Positions 10,795 to 18,037 of a stretch of 18,037 nt of DNA are shown in pieces; position 1 is the first letter of the stretch, and every line of letters begins with the position of its first letter. Made by a program: the position numbers and the translations under genes. The notes beneath the pieces are model-generated. The model saw only the letters and a program-made list of their open reading frames with translations, ran no database searches and had not been told where the DNA came from. The DNA is taken from positions 14,211,414 through 14,229,450 of the forward strand of contig CM119270.1 in the NCBI GenBank assembly GCA_051294375.1. Reading direction: 5' to 3'. The DNA comes from Paraspadella gotoi. Its lineage: Eukaryota > Animalia > Chaetognatha.

Positions 10795-10894
10795 GAACCA
10801 AGGTTAATCGGCCTCAAAGTTTGTTCGAAAAAAATTGTTTCCTTCATAAACTGCGAAACTTACTCACAACTTCCTCACCAATTAACGAACTCAC

Positions 10895-11094
10895 CTGAGC
10901 GGCCATAACGCGCTGCCTTTCCGCGATGAGGCTGCATTTGGCGCACATGCAGTCGCGCCATCTGCAGTATCGTTTGTGGCCTTTGAGGGCGGACACGACG
11001 CCGTGATTCCGGCATCGAGCGCACTTGGGGGTTCGAGGGTAAGGCGGCGCGGCCGAGGCGGCACGGAGAAGGCCGAACGCGGCCATCGCGGCGC
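10895..11094 (-). CDS. Dmrt99B: Dmrt99B-like gene, DM-domain exon
   Basis: Encodes [59 protein letters not shown], an intact DM zinc module of Dmrt99B/DMRTA2 type. Acceptor ttgtccttcgccag| (phase 1) and donor CAG|GTGAGT (phase 0). Confidence 0.95.
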
Positions 11095-11165
11095 CTGGCG
11101 AAGGACAATTGGGATCTTTACTTACGGGATTTTTTTTAAAGATCAACATGTAAGCGATTTTTAAG

Positions 11166-11185
11166 CATCATCATCATTATCAATG

Positions 11186-11237
<52 letters not shown>
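11166..11237. repeat. (CAT)n microsatellite, intronic
   Basis: Directly visible, with a short interruption. Confidence 0.95.
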
Positions 11238-11390
11238 TCCACCGTCTCCGTATCATGACACAAATTAATTAAATTCTCCGCACTATTTTCCGAAAGCTCA
11301 CCTTTTCTGTATCTTATTTCTTACCCTTTTCAAATTTTTTTTCAGATTTATAACCCAATCCCAAACCTTAATCCCCAATCCCTAACCTCG

Positions 11391-11515
11391 TTTTTAACTC
11401 CAGTACATACTAATATAATAGCATACAAACCTTTTTTAACTCCAATACATACTAATATAATAACATACTAACCTTTTTTAACTCCAATACATACTAATAT
11501 AATAACATACTAACC
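11391..11515. repeat. 42-bp minisatellite, 3 copies, intronic
   Basis: Unit ttttttaactccaatacatactaatataataacatactaacc is exact at 11432-11473 and 11474-11515; the first copy has a few substitutions. Confidence 0.95.
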
Positions 11516-11727
11516 CTAGTCCCTGATCAGATCCCCTAGCCTTAAAACTTAATCCGTAATACTTAATAATAATTCTTAATATTAATCCCTAATCTTGAAT
11601 CCCTAACCTAATCTTTAAACCTAATTTAATTCTGAATTAAAAACCGAAATGGGGCGGTTTTGGAAAAAAAAATATTGGACTTCAATATTTCCTCTTCTTT
11701 CGCTTCTCCCCTCCAGTCCTTCCTCAC

Positions 11728-12028
11728 CGGCGTGTTGATGGTTGGAAAAGTATCCCGCCGTCGACGCCGGGTTTGAGTGGTTGAAGAGACCGAGAGAGCC
11801 TCCGCCGCCCCCGCCGCCGCCACCGCCGCCTCCGACGGGCGGCTTGGAGAGTCGCAGATCCTCCAGGTCCGCGTCGTGTCGTCCGCGACTGTGGTGAGGT
11901 CCCGGATGTGAATGGCCCGGCGGGGCGTGCCCGGGCGGGCCGGTTGGCGGGTGACTGCGAGGAGGGTGGCCCGGCGGGCACGGGATCGGGGGTGGCAGAT
12001 GAGGACCTCGGGGCAGTTCGCCGTCCAT
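11728..12028 (-). CDS. Dmrt99B: Dmrt99B-like gene, first coding exon (Pro/His-rich N-terminus with a Gly12 tract)
   Basis: GC-rich open frame MDGELPRGPHLPPP...GYFSNHQHA. ATG at 12028-12026 lies just after a pyrimidine tract and TAG acceptor (exon starts at 12047). It ends at donor CG|GTGAGG (intron from 11727) in phase 1, matching the phase-1 acceptor of the DM exon. The start codon is inferred. Confidence 0.75.
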
Positions 12029-12620
12029 CTCCGGAAGAAGGGATTTTCTACGTGAGGTGGAGGGTTGGGGAAAGGTAAGGTAAGGTAAAGTTTGATTAAA
12101 ATGAATGAACGAAATTGAATCAGATTTTTTTTTAAAACGAGAGAAAGAGAGAAAGAGAAGGAAAGTCATGAAGGTTTGTCAGTCATTAACTATACTGTCC
12201 TGCAGTATTATTACTGGTGAGAGGGATAGAGGCCCTAACTCACCATTGAATATCCAAAGTCAGGGGAAAGATAACTTATTTATTGAATGAATGGATAATC
12301 TTTATATCGGTCCTCCCAATTACATAAAGGGAAAAAATGAAAGGGTTCCCACCTAATGTTCCCCGCATTTGCCTTACCTGATTTAAACTTATTATTTATT
12401 CGAACGGGAGGCGAAAAATTAGATTTTTATATAACCTTTTTGGTGCTTTTTTTTAAATGCGTATTTTCGAAAATCGAAAAAAAATATTTTTCTTGAATTT
12501 AACTCATGTCATTTATTTTTAAAACTTTTGTTTTTTTTACTTTCAACGAACGAACAGTGAGACAGTCCTTTCCTTTCGCAAAAGAAGTGAACCGAATTTC
12601 GTCGAAGCGACGCCTCGAGT

Positions 12621-12780
12621 GTCGTCGTCGTCGTCGTCGTCGTCGTCACTTCCGGTCGATTAGCGTCGGCGACTTTAGCCTTTTATTTCGCGCGAAAATC
12701 TCGCGACTCGCGACGCAACGAGACGATCAAGCGAACGACGATGATGACGACGATTACGACGATGATGACGACGATATTGA
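12621..12780. repeat. (GTC)n and (GAC/GAT)n tracts in a CpG-rich island
   Basis: gtcgtcgtc run at ~12622-12647 and gacgatgatgac run at ~12737-12776. Confidence 0.8.
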
Positions 12781-13105
12781 CGGATTTCACGGTCACGTGA
12801 TTCGTGAGTTTAACAATGAACAAGACGACAACAAAGACGATTGTGAATTGTTTTACTTATAACGAAGAAAACAAAACGATGGAATTATTTCAATATAATT
12901 CCGCCTGACAAGATTTTCTAATGATATTTACTCCCTTCTTTTAAAACACGTTCAATTTAACAATATATTTTACCATTTTTAACCTATTTTCTTTACCATA
13001 TATACATGTATCATCTACCTCTTGACTTCATTTACATTTTACCGCAGTATGGCGCAGCGATTTTCTACTCTTTCCTTTTCACTTACCGACCATCTTTCAC
13101 CCCCG

Positions 13106-13119
13106 ATCGTCATGGCAAC
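13106..13119. promoter_or_regulatory. RFX X-box-like motif, copy 1 (ATCGTCATGGCAAC)
   Basis: Fits the degenerate X-box consensus RTHNYYWTRRNRAC with a strong ATGGCAAC half-site. An identical copy lies 190 bp away. Confidence 0.45.
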
Positions 13120-13295
13120 GAAAGTCGAACGCGGGACGAGGAGGGCGGCGCGAGGAAGAGGAGGAAGAGCATGGAGATAGTGAGGAAGAGGAGGAGGAAA
13201 AGGAGAGAAGAGGAGATTCGCGGAGTCAAACAGGGGGAGGGGGAAGAGGAAGAGGACGGTGAAAGGACGACGGGAAAAAAAGATTTCCAAGTTTT

Positions 13296-13309
13296 ATCGT
13301 CATGGCAAC
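13296..13309. promoter_or_regulatory. RFX X-box-like motif, copy 2 (ATCGTCATGGCAAC)
   Basis: Identical to copy 1 (shared 15-mer ATCGTCATGGCAACG) while the flanks differ. Confidence 0.45.
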
Positions 13310-14384
13310 GGGGAAGGCGGTGGGAAGATCGTAGGTAGTAGAGAAGAAGGAAGAAAGGAAGGAATTAAGGGGTGGGTTGTAGGAAAGAAAAGTCGGAGAG
13401 AAAAGATCTTGCATGTGACTAAAAAATACAAGGTGATGATGTAAGTTAAAAGACGAAGAGAAAAAGAGACAAAATGACTGAAGAAAGACAAACGCATGAG
13501 CGAATTTAATGAATGAAAGAAGAAAAATAAGTAAACTCGTGAAAAAGGAGGAAGAGGAGGGGAAGATGAGAAAATGGAGAGTGTTAATAGAGTGGGCGGA
13601 TTTCGGAACGATTAAGGAGGGAAGAAGCAGTCGTTTGTTAGACAGAGAGAGAGAGAGAGAGAGAGATTGGGTCACTAAACCTGTTTCATTAAAACATGTA
13701 AATTCCAAACCCAGACAATTCATTAATTTTTTTATGGCGATTTTTTTTGTTAAAAGAACTAACGCTTACATTTTAATAACAAAACGATATATTTAAATTG
13801 TAATTTATATACGCCTTTTTTTCATTCTTACGCGTTTCAATATTTTTTTATACCACCAAACTCCCGCCCCCCCAAAAAAAAAGCCCTATGACGTGTCCCC
13901 TCGTGAATTCGTCACGTTAAGAAGCGCATTCGTCAAAACGAATGAAAAAAGAGAATTCCTCAACTCGTCACACATTCACTTTGTCGATTTCACATTTTTT
14001 TCCCGATAAAACTCCTTCGCGGTTCACTATTATAAGTTAAATCATTTTCCTGAGACTGGACTTTGTTTTAATAGTTTAATTACAAACGTGCCATTTATAA
14101 TAAAACTTTGTGGTATTCGTTTAAATAAAGGAAGCTATTAAGGAAGGTTGGAATTGACAGACATCCCAACCTAATTAAAAAATACTTATTTGGCTATGGT
14201 TTCTGTAGTACTATCCAACGCTCTGCAATTATCAGACGATGCGCATAAATGTTCACAGCCACTTCCACCGTGAATGAAATCCAAGGATCTCTCACCAGAA
14301 ACGATGCTTCTGTGGTGAGTGAATGGGGTTTTTTTTTTCAAGAAGAACGTGTTTTGGTTCACCGTTAGGGTTGAGGTTTCTTGG

Positions 14385-14464
14385 ATTATCATTTTCAGAC
14401 AAACAAAACTAACAGTGAGATTTCTTCAATTATCATTTTCAGACTAACAAAACTAACAATGAGA
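14385..14464. repeat. Two-copy tandem repeat with a 44-bp period
   Basis: attatcattttcagac(a/t)aacaaaactaaca(g/a)tgaga at 14385-14420 and 14429-14464. Confidence 0.9.
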
Positions 14465-14864
14465 AGGGATCTTGATATAACCGTAATATGATGTAACAGT
14501 TCACCGAAAACAGAAGCTCCTAACTATTTTAGTTAATTTTATCATTGAGAGAATTTTTTTAAATCAGTGTTAGTGTTGAAAGCCTTTTCAGTTCGCAAAT
14601 TTAGATTAATATCCAGAGCAATTTATTCGACGTCGTCGTCATTTTCGTTTCCTTCGTCATCGCGCCTAAATCGAATAGGAAACATGTTTATAGATGTTGC
14701 GCGTTATAAATTGCTCTTTTGTCGATTTAGATTAATCTGAGGAATGGAAAGAAGAGCTACTGGAGAAAAAAAAAGTAGCGCCGACTAATTCATACAATGA
14801 ATACAGAACAGATTATCTCCCGAGGAAGATTGCTCGCTCTTTTTTTTCCCATTTCTTTTCTTTT

Positions 14865-14866
<2 letters not shown>

Positions 14867-14913
<47 letters not shown>

Positions 14914-14923
14914 CTCTCTCTCT
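14867..14923. repeat. (TTTC)n then (TC)n microsatellite
   Basis: Directly visible. Confidence 0.9.
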
Positions 14924-15247
14924 ATTCTTTCCCTCAATCTTAACCCGAGCACCAAATTCAATTACGAAGTCAACGAGTAATAATTCGAAGTTCAATCGAT
15001 TTTCTCTCCATTTTTGACTTCATCGTAGCGAACAACTTTTTTGGGTGGAAGAGAAATAAGTATTTAGTAGTTTTAAATTCTTTTTAATACACTAAGCTCT
15101 TTTGAATGTAACCATCTAAAAAATTTACAAAAAAATTGGAAAAAAGTTCTGGCTTTTATAAGGTTTTTTTAAAACCATTGAAAGCTGTTTTCCATCTGTC
15201 AGTTTTTTTTTGGCCAAATTTGAATTTATTCATTGAATAAATAATTT

Positions 15248-15329
15248 ATTCATTCATTCATTCATTCATTCATTCATTCATTCATTCATTCATTCATTCA
15301 TTCATTCATTCATTCATTCATTCATTCAT
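15248..15329. repeat. (ATTC)n microsatellite, ~20 copies
   Basis: Directly visible perfect run. Confidence 0.95.
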
Positions 15330-16421
15330 CTCACATTCGTAATTCATTTGGAGATTCTTGTTCTTTGAGACAATAGTCACAATCGATATTTCTTTCTTCT
15401 TTTTCCAAAGTGACAAAAATATTTAGCAACCGAAACAATATTTACGCTTTAAATTTTCCTCGAATCACTTATTATGATTATCATTGACATATTGTTGGCT
15501 TATTATGACTTATTGTGAATTTTTAACGAATAATATCTGATTATAACTTCTTCTTTTTTTTTAATTCTCTCTCTATTTTGATGTCATTGTACATGATTTT
15601 GCTTTGCTCCAAATGTGTACTTAGATTTTCCTTTTAAAAATATATATAAAACTCGAGTAAACGCACGGACAATCTGCAAGAAACGCCAAAAAACAAAACA
15701 AAACAAAAAAACAAAAACAAAAACCCCCAAAAACGAAAGCAACAACGGACAACGATGCGTTGGTGTCTCTTCCTTCACCCATTCTCTTCATCTCCAGTTC
15801 ATCCTTTATTCCTTTTATTCTGTTCGATGTCCTTTTGTTTTCGATTCGTCGGATCCTCGGATCGGCGCTTCATTTCCGGCGACGACGATGAGGACGACGA
15901 CGGCGACGACATTTTGAATCTCTGCGACAAATCTCCCGCCCTCTCGACAGTCGTGACGTTAGTATTACCTTCGTTTGGAGAGGAACGGATGGAAAATTTT
16001 TAGATCATAGATCGTTGAACACATGAAATGCATTAGTGTTCATTTTGTATACAAACAAACAATCAAACAAGCAAAGAAACAATCTCGACGTGTAATGGAC
16101 GTGGACCCCGTTTTGGGGATAAAAAATTCTTATCGCCTTATTTCTAATACTCACAGCGGAAGCCTTCTTTTCGTATCACTCCTCTCTCTCTCTCCTCTTC
16201 ATGCTGCGTGCTCTCCTCGTCGTGTGTCTATATACATAGCTCCGGCGTCTACTCGCGTCTCCTCATCTTCTCCTCGGCTTTCTCTCTCCGTGGCTTTGCT
16301 CTCTCTCTCTCTCTCGTGCTTCCCCTCCATTCTCTCTCTTCAAATCGCCAAGTAATCTTATCATAACTCGGCCAAATCCGTCTTCCTTAAAGTTAATTAC
16401 AATTCGCGACTCTCAATTCAA

Positions 16422-16528
16422 TTCTCTCTCCTCTCTGTTCTCTCTCTCTTCGCTTTGTTTCTCCGTTCTCTCTCTCTTCTCTCTTCTCTCTCTCTCCTCT
16501 CTCTCTCTCCTCTCTCTCTCTCCTCTCT
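16422..16528. repeat. Imperfect (TC)n tract
   Basis: Directly visible. Confidence 0.9.
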
Positions 16529-17428
16529 GTTATTTCTCCATTCCCTCTCGCTCTTTCTCAGTGAAATCATAAGACTCATACTAGAGCCGTTGAGGAACTT
16601 TTATTAATTTTTGACTTCTCATCCTTTGTTTTTTTTTTTTTGGGGGGGGGGTCAGGGCTCGAGCGGAGAGAAGACGGAATCAAACCGAAACTCGGACAGG
16701 CACCGCCGGACGCCCCCTGACGACGGACGCGCTCTAGAACTCCTCGCATTTTCCGTTGACTAAGCACGGCCGTCGTCGTTCGATCGTCGGTTGTCAGGTT
16801 TTTCTGCGAAAGAATTTTTCCGGGCAAGGATCAAGGGTGATGGGGAGTGGGGGATTCATCTATACGAGTGGAATGCTTGTTTAGCACTGAGAATGGCAAG
16901 GCGGCCGAGATCGGAAACGCCTTGAATCTGATTGTTTGTTCATATGTAATATTTGATTGAATTGATTTGAAATATTTATTTGATTTGAACTGATTGATTT
17001 ATTGATTGATAGAATGTTCAATTTATTGGATTAAATTGTATTGATTGATTAAATTGCCTTAATTGAAATATTTTATGACTTGTATTAATTGGTTGATTAA
17101 TTGATTGATGTGACTTGATAGTTTCGAATGATTTATTTTCTTATCTCTCTGTACATGGATTGATCTCGATTAATATGTATTGTGAAACACGTTAGAATCT
17201 TATGTACTTATGCATGATTAGCCTCCTGAATTAAATTCGAATTTCGATATGATTTTTATTTTTTAGATATTTTATTCAGGTATCTGATGTGTCATGTAAT
17301 ATACTGTATTGAAAGAAATTGAGATGGTTTAGGTTGAGTATATTATGGAGTTGTAATGAATTGATTGATTTGATGTCTTTAATCGATTTTGATCGATTTG
17401 ATTGATTGATTGATTTCCCACCCGACAG

Positions 17429-17585
17429 TCATCGGCATTCTCGTCTCCTCCAACGTCGTCAACGGGGCGCGACCGGCCGTGAACCTCCTCGCATCAGACG
17501 TCTCTCGTTCCGAGATCTCCGGAGCGCGTCTGTCGTTTAACCATCGCTTCTTCACTCGAAAGGCGAACATGGAGTTTCCTTGGAG
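17429..17585 (+). CDS. Internal exon of an unidentified protein-coding gene
   Basis: GC-rich island in AT-rich flanks. Acceptor tttcccacccgacag| (phase 1), open frame IGILVSSNVVNGARPAVNLLASDVSRSEISGARLSFNHRFFTRKANMEFPW, donor AG|GTTCGC (phase 2), matching the next exon. Confidence 0.65.
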
Positions 17586-17870
17586 GTTCGCATTCTTCGC
17601 TTTGTTGATCTTCTCGTCTTGCTTTTTTGTATTTTGTCGTCTGTCCTGAATTCTATTTTTCCCCAGTGGATTATTTGGTTCGAAGAATCTGAAAGCATGG
17701 GGCCCCATTCTTGTTGAAATTGTTCGACAGTATAAATAGTTTTCAACGTAAATTTTATAATCAATCGTTTTATAATTTTCAACTTTTTTTCTATTATCTC
17801 TATCTTTCCTTTCTTCTTTCTATCCTTCCTTTTTACGATATTTACCTCACCTTACCTCACCCCTTTTCAG

Positions 17871-17996
17871 ATCCGCAGTGAGGTCGTTGAAACGCCACGA
17901 GTATTTCCTCTACAGTTCCGAAGACTACAACAACAACGACATTCGTGAAATGAAGATCGAATTCGATCTCCCGTTTAAACAAGAATTCCGTTTCAC
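17871..17996 (+). CDS. Next internal exon (126 nt) of the same unidentified gene; gene continues past the window
   Basis: Long pyrimidine tract ending cccttttcag|, donor AC|GTAAGA, phase 2 at both ends. Reads (R)SAVRSLKRHEYFLYSSEDYNNNDIREMKIEFDLPFKQEFRF(T) with no stops. Confidence 0.7.
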
Positions 17997-18037
17997 GTAA
18001 GACGGGTTGAACTTAATTTAAACATACAATGACAATC

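Noticed and set aside
10895-11094. Assignment to doublesex, Dmrt93B or Dmrt11E
   Set aside because: [24 protein letters not shown] and ALRRQQAxEENEARExGLLY match the Dmrt99B/DMRTA2 class as I recall it, not those families.
11391-11515. CRISPR-like regular repeats
   Set aside because: Units are adjacent with no unique spacers, there are no cas genes, and they lie in a eukaryotic intron.
12506-13338. ORFs with poly-Arg, poly-Asp and Glu/Arg-rich tracts
   Set aside because: Explained by trinucleotide and purine-rich repeats; no domain or consistent splice structure.
15755-16003. GC-rich island with short Asp-, Thr- or Ser-rich ORFs
   Set aside because: Driven by (GAC)n-like repeats, with no convincing acceptor-donor pair on either strand.
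16950-17415. Degenerate (TTGA)n-rich tract as a structured element
   Set aside because: Looks like a decayed intronic microsatellite with no higher-order period.

Overview
Eukaryotic, AT-rich, microsatellite-dense draft genomic DNA with four N gaps. An arthropod source, probably a malacostracan crustacean, is inferred from the gene and repeat style only. The one firmly recognisable gene is a spliced minus-strand DM-domain (doublesex/mab-3) transcription factor of the Dmrt99B/DMRTA2 class. Its coding exons are 12028-11728, 11094-10895, 10532-10229 and 9921-9847, with a doubtful fifth from 9753, and the splice phases agree. Its 3' part, including the expected DMA domain, is not visible and runs into poor-quality or gapped sequence. 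Two phase-compatible plus-strand exons of an unrecognised, divergently oriented gene lie at 17429-17585 and 17871-17996. Between the two genes are two identical RFX X-box-like motifs. Bases ~1-5645 hold three partial direct copies of a ~2.4 kb unit that differ mostly by small indels, probably a long-read gap-filling artefact. I see no prokaryotic features, CRISPR arrays, RNA genes or recognisable transposon ORFs. I found no clearly new system; the best leads are possible truncated or alternatively spliced Dmrt isoforms and the twin X-boxes.
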